64,000 bases of DNA from Octopus sinensis (lineage: Eukaryota): the NCBI RefSeq assembly GCF_006345805.1, contig NC_043001.1, forward strand, positions 96,410,001 through 96,474,000, in the 5' to 3' direction. Shown piece after piece: positions 39,879-53,134 of the stretch. Position numbers and translations under genes: made by a program. Position 1 is the stretch's first letter, and every line of letters begins with the position of its first letter. The notes under the pieces are model-generated. The model ran no database searches and was not told the DNA's origin. It worked only from the letters and a program-made list of their open reading frames with translations.

Positions 39879-39879
<1 letters not shown>
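36751..39879 (+). mobile_element. Tx1-clade retrotransposon copy 3 (same family as copy 1), 5'-truncated in ORF1, missing ~1.1 kb at the end of ORF2
   Basis: Begins GACGAAAGTTCGACGG (copy 1 position ~17053); roughly 95% identical to copy 1 up to 39765; then jumps to a 114-nt terminus ending AATAAAGAAAGT followed by (TATC)n. Confidence 0.92.
37264..39765 (+). pseudogene. Tx1 ORF2 remnant (APE + RT)
   Basis: Track ORFs 37446-38132, 38089-39360 and 39350-39973; YADD at 39304-39315; breaks off after FLWKGGVPMVR. Confidence 0.9.

Positions 39880-39935
<56 letters not shown>
39880..39935 (+). repeat. (TATC)n array, 3' flank of Tx1 copy 3
   Basis: Direct reading of the sequence. Confidence 0.95.
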
Positions 39936-39938
<3 letters not shown>

Positions 39939-39950
39939 ATATATATATTT

Positions 39951-40170
39951 ATTTATTGCCCACAAGGGGCTAAACATAGAGAGGACAAACAAGGACAGAC
40001 AAAGGGATTAAGTCGATTACATCGACACCAGTGCGAAACTGGTACTTTTATTTATCGACCCCAAAAGGATGAAAGGCAAAGTCGACCTCGGCGGAATTTG
40101 AACTCAGAACGTAACGACAGACGAAATACCGCGAAGCCTTCCGCCCGGCGCGCTAACGTGTCTGCCAGCT
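39951..40170 (-). mobile_element. SINE family C with Tx1-like tail (type 1), tail-to-tail with Tx1 copy 3
   Basis: Minus-strand end ...GTCCTCTCTATGTTTAGCCCCTTGTGGGCAATAAATAAAT. Confidence 0.85.
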
Positions 40171-40514
40171 ATATATATCTACCTACCTACCTATCAGACC
40201 GTTTCTCACTTTTGCTCTCTCTCCCTCAAATTCAGTCGCACGCACGTGAAGGCACAGACACACACCAGTCTATTTTAGACCAATAGCAGGGATATTGATT
40301 TTCTCTTTACTGGGTATGATTTTGCAATATAGTAATAACGCCCCCCCCCCAATTAACGAAAGAACCCCTAATTGACGAAAGTGGCAGAGATATAGGTTGC
40401 CCATAAAGATCAGTCACTCTCAAAAGGAGTTCATATCGTCCTCGGGCTGCATATAAGATTTTGCTCTTAAAATTTATGTACAATTGATTGCTTATACTTC
40501 TCCAATACACACAC

Positions 40515-40883
40515 GGAGGCGTAATGGCCCAGTGATTAAGCCAGCGGACTCACGGTCGTAGGATCGCGATTTCGAATCCCAAACCAGGCGTTGTGAGTGT
40601 TTATTGAGCGAAAACACCTAAAGCTCCACGGGGCTTCGGCAAAAGGTGGTGGCGAACCCTGTTGTATTCTTACACCACAGCTTTCTCTCACTCTTTCTTC
40701 CTATTTCTGCTGTACCTGTATTTCAAAGGGCCACTCTGTATTACGATAAATCTCCTCGAGAACTACGTTAAGGGTACACGTGTCTAAGTAGTGCTCAGCC
40801 ACTTGCACAGTAATTTTACGAGCAGGCTGTTCCGTTGATCGGATCAACTGGAACTCTCGTCGTCGTAACCGACGGCGTGCCAC
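40515..40883 (+). mobile_element. SINE family B
   Basis: Head GGAGGCGTAATGGCCCAGTGATTAAG...GATTTCGAATCCC; homologous to 57241-57579. Confidence 0.85.
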
Positions 40884-40951
40884 GACAATACACAAGATAT
40901 TTAAATTTTTTAATGGAATTCCTTATAATATTTATAATTTTTTTTTTATAT

Positions 40952-41192
40952 AGGCGCAGGAATGGTTGTGTGGTAGGTAGCTTGCTTACCAACCACGTGG
41001 TTCTGGGTTCAGTCCCACTGCGTGGCACTTTGGGCAAGTGTCTTGTACTGTAGCCTCGGGTCGACTATAGACTTGTAAGTGCATTTTGTAGACGGAAACT
41101 GAAAAAAGCCCGTTATATATGTATATTGGGTCGACTAAAGCCTTGTAAGTGCATTTAGACGGAAATTGAAAGAAGCCCGTTATATATATATA

Positions 41193-41263
<71 letters not shown>

Positions 41264-41500
41264 ATGTATATGTGTGTGTGTGCGCGTGTGTACGTATGTG
41301 GCTGTGTTTGTCCACCCCACCATAGCTTGACAAGCAATGTTAGTGTGTTTACGCTCCTGTAATTTAGCAGTTCGGCGAAAGAGACCGATAGAATAAGTAC
41401 TAGGCTTACGAAGAATAAGTCCTGGGGTCGATTTGTTCGACTAAATGCGTTGCTCCAGCATGGTCGCAGTCAAATGACTGAAAACAAATTAAAAAAAGAG
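40952..41500 (+). mobile_element. SINE family A with internal ~70-bp tandem duplication
   Basis: GGGTCGACTA...GTAAGTGCATT..GACGGAAA.TGAAA.AAGCCCGTTATAT occurs twice (about 41058-41190). Confidence 0.85.
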
Positions 41501-41565
41501 TATAATAAAAAGAATACATCAATTGACTATGAAGGTCCTGTAGAGTTGAATAGCAATAAAAAAAA

Positions 41566-41696
41566 AGTTTTAGACACCGAATTCTGTTATAGTTGACATC
41601 AGTGGTTCTCAACCGTTTTTTCCCCAATGGACCATTGGGAAAAAAACGGTTGAGAACCACTGATGTCAACTATAACAGAATTCGGTGTCTAAAACT
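41566..41696. repeat. 131-bp near-perfect palindrome containing a 63-bp mini-hAT core
   Basis: 65-bp arms, one mismatch (41622/41640), 1-nt loop at 41631. Core 41600-41662 is bounded by CAGTGGTTCTCAACC/GGTTGAGAACCACTG. The ORF track shows identical translations on both strands. Confidence 0.95.
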
Positions 41697-42344
41697 GACA
41701 AGTTGGTATTATCCTCTTATGAGACCTAGTATCGTGAGAAAACATCGTACAAAACAACCAGTGAAGTGGATAATTCTGAAGATGCAAATTATAAGAAACT
41801 ATATGGATATTGAGAGTAACATATGAAAGGATAATACAAAGGAATAAAATGAATGTAAACTAGCTGGACATTCTTGTCATAACCTCAGTAGTATTCTAGT
41901 ATAACGCAATGAGTTAGGAGAAAGAAAAGAAATTGTGCGGAGTCGTGAAAATAAGTTGCCCAGCAGATGTTTCATAATGTTGAAAATTAGTGATAAAGAA
42001 ATCAACTATGGTGGACTAATGATAAATTTACAGTTATTGCACCTGGACGTAACTAACTTGCTAGCAATTTTGGGAAGATGCCTTTTGTAAAATCAGCGGC
42101 AGTACGGCTATTTAGGAAATTGCAGTTAGAAATCATAATTGGTTGAGTGGAAATATGAAAACATTCCAAAAGTTTGTCATGTTGGATATACACATATGTA
42201 GCCATGAAAATAGATGCATGTGTACACATGCGTAAATCAAAACATGCAGTTCCATATAAGCAATATATTCATGCTCGTACATATCTACACGTGTGCACGT
42301 ATTTGATCACATGCTTACATGCATGCGGTATGCATACCAATATA

Positions 42345-42583
42345 GAGGTTGTTCAAAAAGTATCTCCGCAGTAAGTATTTTTATTGCAAAATAAATATTT
42401 ATAAGACGGTATAAGACTACAAAAGAATATATTAAACTTTACAAGACTTTAAAAAAACGTTATAAGATGTGTTTTGAAAGTGCCATTCCTCATTTTCAAT
42501 ACATAAGTTGACTCTTCTACACATGTTTTGAAATACATCTTTGATGAAAAAAAATACTGTGGGGAGACTTTTTGAAGACCCAA
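42345..42583 (-). mobile_element. Tc1/mariner-derived MITE, same TIR family as 241-475
   Basis: Degenerate TIRs (TTCAAAAAGT.TC.CC.CAGTA), TA flanks at 42343-42344 and 42584-42585. Interior on the minus strand reads VFQNMCRRVNLCIENEEWHFQN, like the extreme C-terminus of these transposases. Confidence 0.75.
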
Positions 42584-42587
42584 TATA

Positions 42588-42693
42588 TCTTCTTCTTCTT
42601 CTTCTTCTTCTTCTTCTTCTTCTTCTTCTTCTTCTTCTTCTTCTTCTTCTTCTTCTTCTTCTTCTTCTTCTTCTTCTTCTTCTTCTTCTTCTT
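42588..42693. repeat. (CTT)n microsatellite
   Basis: Direct reading of the sequence. Confidence 0.97.
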
Positions 42694-42930
42694 CCCTGCC
42701 AAGAATTCACAACGGCCTGGAACCCACAAGAGTAAACAAAAGACACAGAAACAGACAGAAACAAGGTAAATACCCCTTGTATTTGAACACTATGCAAATA
42801 CTCTTAAAAAAAACAACTTTTTTTTAAATTTCATATATATATATATATATATATACTATGCGTGACTAAACTACAACAGGTATATAGCCCATTGTTTGTA
42901 TTATAGTGTATTGTTGTACCATTCAAAACG

Positions 42931-43000
<70 letters not shown>

Positions 43001-43165
43001 TTCTGCATGATGTCTAACTATCATCCTCCTCACCAAACAAGCTTGGTGGGGTTGCCAGTTTAGTCGCCGACGACCCGACCATGTAACAGGTTGTACTGGC
43101 TTACATGTTACCAGTAACGAACAAGAGAGATTAATAGTACTCGAAGGCGACCTGACTTTTTTTTA

Positions 43166-43441
43166 GCGGTCGAGGGATCACGGGTTCGAATCTCAGACCG
43201 GGCAATGTGTAATTTTATGAGCGAATCCCCTAAGCTCCACGCGGCTCCGGCCGAAGGTAATGGCGAACTTCAACTTCTGCTGACTCTTTCGCCACAACTT
43301 TCTCTCACTCTTTTCTCCTGCATCTTGCAGCTCACCTACGACGGACCTGCGTCCCGTCCAGGTGGGGAACCTATACACCAAGGAAACCGGAAAACCGGCC
43401 CTTATGAGCCAGGCGTGGCTCGAGAAGGAACAAACAACAAC
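43166..43441 (+). mobile_element. SINE family B (same tail as 21743-22042), head clipped
   Basis: Ends CCCTTATGAGCCAGGCGTGGCTCGAGAAGGAACAAACAACAA. Confidence 0.8.
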
Positions 43442-43904
43442 ATGTATCAGTTCATTTCAAAACTCAGAGCAATCGTTTAGCAGTTTTCTGCGCTTGATTG
43501 TCAGTTTTCGATACTTCAGTAACATCGGATCTAACTACATACAATATTTGTCTGCGTATAAAACGAAATTTATCAGGGTACAAGACGAGATCTCTTCACG
43601 AAAATGTATAAAACGCTTAGCCTTTGTCTAATGCGCTCCTGATGCAGATGGGAATCTGAATGCTGTAGTTACAAAGTATCTATCAAGTGATGCTTTGCAC
43701 CTGCATCTTATACACCGGTGAATGCAGTAATACGAAAATCGTGAAGTGACGGAGATGTTTGTATTATATTCGTCGTCATTTTCACAGCGTCTGTTGATGT
43801 TGTTTCTTTTTAGATCCAACCTGATTGAATAGAGCGTCTTTTTCAAAGATGCGCCAGTTGTGGCTATCACATATTTCTTTTCTGGCCTGATGTATATGGT
43901 CCAT

Positions 43905-44403
43905 ATTATCGAATTCCTCGTTCCATTTTTACGACGGTAGGTTAAGATTTCATTGAAATTTGGCAACTATTTCTAGCAAATCGAGAGACTGCATAGAGGT
44001 TCCCATTTCGTTGAAAATTTCGTTGCTGCTGTCTTTGTTGAGCGAGCGAAGCGAACGGTCTTCGTCCGTAATGGGAGAAGTCCAATACGTGGTCCTTTGC
44101 TATTCGTAAGACCCGCAGAAGAGAAAGCAGGTCAACTCCCGACACCGAGAGCATCGACGGATGGATGAATGCGCATCCAGGTTCAGCGGTTGCGTAGGAA
44201 GTCGGGGACAAGAAACAGGAAGAAAGAGTGAGAGAAAGTTGGAGCGAAAGAGTACAACAGGGGTCGCACCTCCCTGACGGAGTCTCGTGGAGCTTTAGCT
44301 GTTTTCGCTCAATAAACACAGACAACGTCCGGTTTGGGAATCGAAACCGCGATCCTCCGACCGCGAGTCTGCTGCCCTAACCACTGGGCCATTGCGCCCC
44401 CAC
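43905..44403 (-). mobile_element. SINE family B head with a third, longer tail
   Basis: Minus-strand head GTGGGGGCGCAATGGCCCAGTGGTTAGGGCAGCAGACTCGCGGTCGG; diverges from other B copies after CTTTCTCTCACTCTTTCTTCCTGTTTCT. Left boundary is approximate. Confidence 0.65.
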
Positions 44404-44729
44404 TTGCTGTCTTTGTTGTTCTTGTTGGTATGGTTATCAGTTACTCTTGTCGTAGCCATATCGAGCCTATTCAGAAATGTTTTTCTGTTTTAATAACTAG
44501 TTTCAATAACGCTAATATATTAGAAATCAGCCAGTCGCAGACAACCACGGGTAAGATTAACTAAAATTGTAAAGGACAATATTAAAGCATATTTTATTGA
44601 ACAGATCGTTATGTCTACGCATATGTTAACTGCAATGCTATGTACCTTTGTGTGCATATATACATACATATATATATATTTTTTTTCTCTAGTTTCAGCT
44701 CAGAGCTGCGGCCATGCCGATGCACCGCC

Positions 44730-45830
<1,101 letters not shown>

Positions 45831-46239
45831 GTCCGTCTGTCGCACTCGTTGTCTTCCCCTGTGCGTACCTCCCTCTGTCTATCTCCCCCTTTTTTTCTCT
45901 CTCTCATTCCCTCCCTCCTTATCCGTCTCTTTCATTCTCCACACACAAGTCCAGGGACACGCACACACGTAATTCTCATTCATGTCTGGCTATTTTACCG
46001 TCTACGATGAGTTCCAAACATATAACAAAATCGATTGAACTCCACACAACAAATAAATAAATAAATAAATAAAACAAGAAAAAGAAAAAAAATCATCAAA
46101 AACAAACATGACAAAATATAAAAGTAACTCAATAACAGATAAAAAAACAACAGCGAAAGGCGAAAAAAATAACAAAAAACAATGAGAGAAAAACCTCATA
46201 AAATGTCCAATTGTAAAAGCGTGAACGATAATAACAACT

Positions 46240-46960
46240 ACATTGACAACAACAACAACAGCAACAACGCCAGTAAAAAAAGAACAACAATGAAAACCTC
46301 GATAAGAATGACAACCAATATCATTATGTCATGTACATGATCATGAACACGATCATCACCATCATCATCATCATCATCATCTTCAACACCATCATCATCA
46401 TCATCATCATCATCATCTTCCTCCTCCTCCTCCTCCTCCTCCTCTCCCCATCTTCTTTTTCCACACATTCCCACTTCCTCCTCCTCCTCCTCTAGCTCCT
46501 CCTCATTATCATTGTCGTTACATTCATCATCATCATGATCATCATCGTCGTCGTTGTTATCATAATTAACACTCCCATCGTCTTCATCATCATCATCATC
46601 ATCTCGTCGTCGGCCTTTCCCCCCTCACCGCATTCTCCTTTTCATTACCATCACTACCACCCCTATTCTTACCAGCACTGCTCTCATCATCGTCATCATC
46701 ATCATCATCATCATCATCATCGTCGTCGTCATCATCACCATCCCCATCGCCATCATCCTTATCATCCTCATCATCATCAATATCGTCATCGTCATCGTCA
46801 TCGTCATCGCCATCGCCATCGCCATCACCATCATCGTCGTCGTCGTGACAAACACGACAGTTTCCAACCATATCATCAATGCCTTTCTACCATGAGCTTC
46901 ATTATTACAGCTATCACCACAAGAACCGCCATTACCACCGTCTCAGTCATTATCCCCATA
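46240..46960. repeat. Degenerate (CAT)/(CCT)/(CGT)/(CAC) low-complexity tract
   Basis: Direct reading of the sequence. Confidence 0.9.
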
Positions 46961-48734
46961 ATCACCACCGTCTTTACAAAAGACTAATATATTTCTGCTT
47001 TTTTGTTTATTTGTTTGTTTGTTTGTGTGTTGTAATTTTTTGTTGTGCTTTTTTTTTTGTTTTGTTTTTCACTTTGAGGAATTCACACGTCATATCCTGG
47101 CAAATGGGAAATGTTCTGTTTCTGTGCGTGATATTTCAAATCTTATCCTAATTTGATTGGCGGACATTTTATGTGTTCATTTATCTCTTAGTACACCTCC
47201 GCGACTCCGTCAATAAATGTCTCAGTCTCTATGTCTCATTCTCCCTTTCTATCTCTGTCTCTTCCCCTCTCTCTCTCTGTTCAATGCTCTTTTATATTTC
47301 CTTTTTTCTCTCGTCCATCCTTTCTCTCTTTTCCATTTTGTCGTTATCTATTAATTTATCAAATCTGTTTATTCATTTAGAACAGTCAACGCTTATCATT
47401 ATAGACTAGCTACAACTAAACTTTAATTTTAGAATGGTTTCATACAACAGTCTAGCAAGCTGGTAGTCATACAATTCATATGATCAACATTGAAATCTTT
47501 GTTTAAGGTGTAAGGAGATGCTATTTCAATTGCGATGCATGAGCGGTCGCAATATCCCGCAATGGATAATATTAATATCCGTGTCGACACATCAACTATC
47601 TATTCAGCCGCCGCCAGTTCGTATCTTGTTTCTTGTCCATCTCTGTTTTGGTTGCTACAACTGTTGTTATTTATTAGCCCCAGATATAAATTTGAATAAG
47701 GGGACTTATAAAAAAACATTCCAATCGTGGCCATCTTACCTTCATTTTTAACAGAAACACTGACTCTAATATTATATGATCCGATCTGTTTTTCTTTTAA
47801 TGATGGTAGGGTGGAAAGTGAGGGCTATTTTTGCAGATATTTTCTGCAAAGTAGACATCCTCTCATTGGCTCTTGTATTCAGTAATCTTAGTTTGCTAAC
47901 TAGTGACGGATCTCCGTCGTTAGACTTGGAGGATTCAGTTCTTGGATCAGCTGAATTACCTGCTTCTGAAATAAATGAAAATTCCAGATTTATCTTATTC
48001 TCACTAACTCGTCCAAGATGGTATTAAACTAAATCCATTATATGGTTTTTTTAATTTATATTACTACTACCGTCTACTATACATTTGAGGTAATTGTTTT
48101 TTAATGTATGTGTATGTGTGTGCTGTGGTATTCGGATGATTTTTATGTGTGCTTGAATTACAGTTAGTTAATGGAATGTAATTATTGTGAGAAATGCTTG
48201 TATGCTGGTATGTGATCCGTTGGTTCTGCATTTTATGTTTATGGCCGTATCGTTAGTAACATTATTTTACTTCACGTCAGGGTCTGAGATGTGACAGTTG
48301 TTTTGTGAGAATTAGTTGGGATTGTGCTTGTAATAGTGTGTTTGTGATAATGGTGGTGGTGAATGCGGTGATGTGTTGATTGCACTGTTTGGAGTAGTGT
48401 CGGTGCATCGTTGCTCAAAAGGCTTTCAGATATTTTTTAAAAATTCCCAGCAATATTCTAGTTGTCTTCCAAAAGTACACATTTCATCATTCTAGTATTC
48501 TAATTCTGGGTTTTATTCGGGTCACCCTCCATTCCAGATACATCGGTATCAGCATGAAATCTTCGCTTCTTTATGGGACAGTGATCTGCTTCTGGTCTAG
48601 GTTTTCGAGAATAAAATAATTTATGATCATTTCTCACAATATTCATGTCTTCCCATACGTTTCTTAAGCAGAGTTCAGCATTTTCTGAAGATACACGCTC
48701 TAATTTATGTATTTTCGTTGATAAGCATTTCTTA

Positions 48735-49131
48735 CTCTTTTTTTACTTGTTTCAGTCATTTTGACTGCGGCTATGCTGGAGCACCACCTTCTGTCGAACA
48801 AATCGACTCCAGGACTTATTCTTTGTAAGCCTAGTACTTATTCTATCGGTCGCTTTTGCCGAACCGCTAAGTTACGGGGACGTACACACACCTGCATCGG
48901 TTGTCAAATCGGGGACAAACACAGACACACACATACACACATACACATATATGTATATACATATATACGACGGGCTTCTTTCAGTTTACGTCTACTAAAT
49001 CCACTCACAAGGCTTTGGTCGGCCCGAGGCTATGGTAGAAGACACTTGCCCAACGTTCCACGCAGTGGGACTGAACCCGGAACTATGTGGTTCGTAAGCA
49101 AGCTACTTACCACACAGCCACTCCTGCGCCT
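48735..49131 (-). mobile_element. SINE family A copy
   Basis: Reverse complement of the family A consensus. Confidence 0.85.
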
Positions 49132-49529
49132 ACACAGAATTGCTTTCTTTCTGTTTGGTTTAAAAGTCGTTGCGGAATGTTAGAGATCATTTCGCCCTGT
49201 TATAATCGGTTGATGTATTTCTCCGCTTCTTTTAAACGCTCAAGCTTTTTATCTAGTCGGATGACATTAAAAACAGGTTTTAGCAAACGAAATATTATTG
49301 CAATATTTTCACTGCTACCGGTCTTGTTAGTATTAACATTGTCACTGCCTGGTAGGGTCTTGATTTCGCTGTTAGTGGTGGCAATGCACGATTTTATTCT
49401 GATGGTTATTTTGCGCGCCTCTTTATCCGACATGCCATGGTTATTGTTGATGATACTGTTGTTGTTGATGTTGGTACTGTTATTGTCGCTTCTGATAATA
49501 CAGCTACTATTTTTCAATTACTACTAAAC

Positions 49530-50060
49530 CAGAACCTACAGAAGAGGAGACGAAAGTATCAAATATCAATTAAGCGAATGCAATAGGCTAGCGCAAAAGA
49601 GTATGAACAGAGTCCTGACTGTATCCATAAAAGAATTCATTGGAATGGCAGCCGAATGCGTAGCTTCGAAATAACAGGAAATTGAGATGAACACGAGACA
49701 AAATTTGTTGAAAAATAATTACAGGTTTTATGGCATTTCTCTATAAAGACTGACCATAGTATTGAAGCAAAGAGACCAGATATAACTGCAGAAGACAATG
49801 AGTGGACACCAAAGAAATTGAGAGATATGAGGATCTAGCCAGAGAGCTAACGAGATTGTGGAAGACAAATGTGACAAGTGTTCCTTTGGGTATTGGGGTA
49901 TTTGACATAAAACCCAAATTTCTACTTAAAAGGTTGAAGAATATTGGCAAAAAAGGAGAGTTATTCTGTATTTTGCCATAATCCGAAGAAACATTCTTGA
50001 GATATGAGAAGACTTGTTGTTACCATACCTGAAGATAATATCCCTGTTAAATAAAGTATA
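49530..50060 (+). mobile_element. R4/Dong-clade LINE 3' remnant (old)
   Basis: Fragments SECNRLAQKEY, IHW, LWHFSIKTDHSIEAKRPDI, EIERYEDLARELTRLWK (RLE domain). Confidence 0.65.
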
Positions 50061-50066
50061 TATTAT

Positions 50067-50268
50067 AAATGCTTTAATGCAGTACAAGCCAGTGACTCTC
50101 ATGGCTTCTCATCTTAGTTGATTGGAAGTGTTATCATGTACATTGTTTTGTCTTGGTGTAAAAGATGGGCTACAGCAAATATTCGACTCAATACCACAGA
50201 TTTGCTTGTCAGTTGTTTGACCATAACCAGTTAACCATGTCCCTTAGTGGCTGACGATATGTGCATCT
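50067..50268 (+). mobile_element. Element X, first ~200 nt only, fused directly to R4/Dong coding sequence
   Basis: AAATGCTTTAATGCAGTAC...GATATGTGCATCT followed immediately by LINE ORF sequence. Confidence 0.8.
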
Positions 50269-52733
50269 GAAGATTAGACGTCAAACAGGGAAAGATAAAA
50301 AAAATTGCAAATGTGGAAAAGGAGACTACAAAATAAGTGAAAACTTTAAGACAGGATCTGAGCGGAATAGAAGCCTGGAAAATAAATAAGTTAGGAAACA
50401 AATGCAAATCTTGCCTCGAGGAAAGATACCTAGTCAAAGAGAAAGGGTTTGGGACAATAATAGAAGAATTGAAACAGCGTATCATAGCAGAAAGAGGCAA
50501 GCTGTCCAGATATCAGAAAAGAATAGATCAGTTTCAACAGAATAGATTATTTGAGACAGACCAGAGGAGATTTTATAGCCAAATAAATAGAGGAGGACGA
50601 AGTACTAAAAATGAGAAACCTAATGCAGAGGAAGCCTAGAAAGTTCTGGAGTAATATTTGGGATAAACCAGTCAGTCATAATGGAGATGCAGTATCGTGA
50701 AAGAAAGTGGAGTGAGAAGCAGCCAGATCTAAGACTAACTAGTGCATTAATGAGTAAAGTGTTAGAAAAAATACCGAATAGGAAGGGCCTAGGACCAGAG
50801 TTAGTTCAAGGGTACTGGCTAATGAAATTTAGTAGTTTACATGGGAGGCTGAGGGGACAACTTCAGGATTGCCTTAATCGAGGAATAATACCAGATTGGA
50901 TGACTAGAGGGAGGACAATATTCATTATGAAAGATACAACGATAAAACAACTAGCAACTATAGACCAATCCCTTGCTTACCATTAGTGTGGATGCTGTTA
51001 ACAGGAATGCTTTCAGGAAGCATTTACGAGCACCTTGACAACTAGAATTTATTACCAGAAGAACAGAAAGGTTGCAGGAAGAAGGTTAGAGGAAAGCATT
51101 TTCTATTATATAGAGACAAAGAAGTTCTAAATGAAGTAAAAGCAAGAAAGAAAATCTAACGATAGCATGGATAAACTGTAGGAAAACCTATGACATGATC
51201 CCACACTCATGGATAAGTGAATATTTGAGTATATTCAGTATAGCAGACAACATAAGAGAATTAATTAGCTTTAGTATGAAGAAATGGAAAGTAGATCTCT
51301 ACTCAGGTGTCACACTCTTAAAGAAAATTAATATCAAAAGAATAATTTTTCAGGGAACTCGTTGTCCCCTTTAATATTTATCTTATGTTTGATCCCCATC
51401 AGCTTATTATTAGGGAATAGCAAAGTCAGGGTATCAGATCAGAAATAGTAATGGAAAAATTAACCATTTGCTCTACATGGATGATCTGAAGCTTTTTAGT
51501 AAGAATGGAAAAGAAATAGACACCTTAATAGAGACTATAAAACCCTTCAGCAAAGATATAGGCATGGAATTTGGCATAGATAAATGAGCAATATTAGTCA
51601 TGAGAAGGGGACAGGTAGTTAACAGCGATGGCATCCAATCACCAGATGGCCAGACATTAAAATCATTGATAGGAGGAGAGAGTTATAAGTATCTAGGAGT
51701 ATTAGAATCTGACAGAGTATTAACTACAGAAATGATAACGAAAATTGAGGAGTACACCAGAAGTCTGAGGAAGTTAATGAAGTCAAAGATAAATGGTCCG
51801 AATCTAGTGAAAGCTGTAAATACTTGGGCAGTATCATTACTTAGATACTCAACAGCTTTTGTAGATTGGGAAAAACTGAATTAGCAAAACTAGACAGAAG
51901 AACTAGGAAAGAATTCAATATGAAGGAGAACTCCAGTCAAGGGCAGGAGTAGCATGATTATACCTAAGAAAGGAAGGTGGAAGAGGGTTAATATCAGTAG
52001 AAGACTGCGTAGAGTTAGCTGGAGTAGATAAAGACTCCTATGTAGTTAATAGTAAAGAAAGTAGATTCCCAATGTAGGTTATGAAAATCAAAAGAGGAAA
52101 GCGTTACTCATATCGTATATATAAGTGAATGCAGTATGCTAGCACAGGAAAAATACAGGAAAAGACATGACAATCTAGGGAGAGCAATCCACCTAGAAAG
52201 CTAAGATTTGAACATACTGATAAATGGTATGAACATGAACCTAGTAAAATACTAGAAAATAAGAATTACAAGCTGTTGTGGGATTTTAACATTCAGACTG
52301 ACAGAGTGATAGAAGTTAGAAGGCCTGATTTGGTAGAAGTAGATAAAGAGAAGTGAAAGTACCAGATAATTGATTTCAGAGTCCTAAATGATGAAAAACT
52401 TAATATGAGAACTATAGAAAAAATAGCAAAGTACCAAGACCTAGTCACTGAATTAAAGAGACTATGGAAATTGCGGGTAAAATGTATCCCGGTAATTATA
52501 GGTGCATTGGGAACTATCACTAAAGATTTGAACAGGTGGATAGAGGAAATAGGTATAAAACCCAGTTTAATACAGCTCCAGAAAACGGTGATATTAGAGA
52601 CAGCTAGGATACTTAGGAGGATTCTTGACATTTAAGGTTAATTGCTGTAACCCAATAGGAGGGGTTTTGGCATCTAAGGCTACTTGTTGCGAATATTAGG
52701 ATTTTTTTCAGTCTAATATGTTGAGGGTATATG
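50269..52733 (+). mobile_element. R4/Dong-clade RLE LINE, large decayed fragment (RT + RLE + 3'UTR)
   Basis: QNRLFETDQRRFY, VQGYWLMKF, NYRPI, LLPEEQKGCR, KTYDMIPHSWI, HLLYMDDLKL (YMDD 51474-51485), YKYLGVLE, RTDRVIEVRRPDL, KIAKYQDL, IPVIIGALG, ETARILRRILDI* (stop at 52635). Tail (AAC)n(AAT)n. Confidence 0.88.
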
Positions 52734-52757
52734 AACAACAACAACAACAACAATAAT

Positions 52758-53120
52758 AAATGCTCTGATGCAGTACCAGATATTGACTCTCAAGGATTCT
52801 GAATTTAACTGATTAGAAGTGTTATCATGTACGTGTTTTGTTTCGGCTTAAAATATGGCCTACAACAAACATTCTGCTCAATACCACAAAATGGTTACAT
52901 GCATAAATTGTGGAGGAGCATCATAACTATGTGTTGAGAAGGATTCTTTGGGATTTGAATGATTCACTTCTGGAAACATAGGTGTTTCGTTCATCATCCC
53001 TAAACAAACTTTATTCAAGGACTTTTTTAGCGGGATGGGCTACTTGGCCTGAAGAAAATATCGATCTTCGTATATTTGTACCCCAGTGTCATTTTGGTGG
53101 CGTGCACTACTCTCTCACTC
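52758..53120 (+). mobile_element. Element X copy (internal deletion) inserted in the Dong tail
   Basis: Starts AAATGCTCTGATGCAGTACCAG, ends CTCTCTCACTC followed by AACAATGATAATAA. Confidence 0.8.
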
Positions 53121-53134
53121 AACAATGATAATAA

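Noticed and set aside
40515-40590. tRNA-like sequences (also ~21970-22042, ~44330-44403, ~57510-57579, ~60470-60543)
   Set aside because: They are SINE heads continuous with SINE bodies and lack a complete acceptor stem.
43628-43966. 112-aa minus-strand ORF possibly from a Gypsy 3' end
   Set aside because: No diagnostic integrase motif, and it partly overlaps a SINE tail.
46535-46987. His/Asp-rich ORFs
   Set aside because: (CAT)n/(CGT)n low-complexity sequence is open in several frames by construction.
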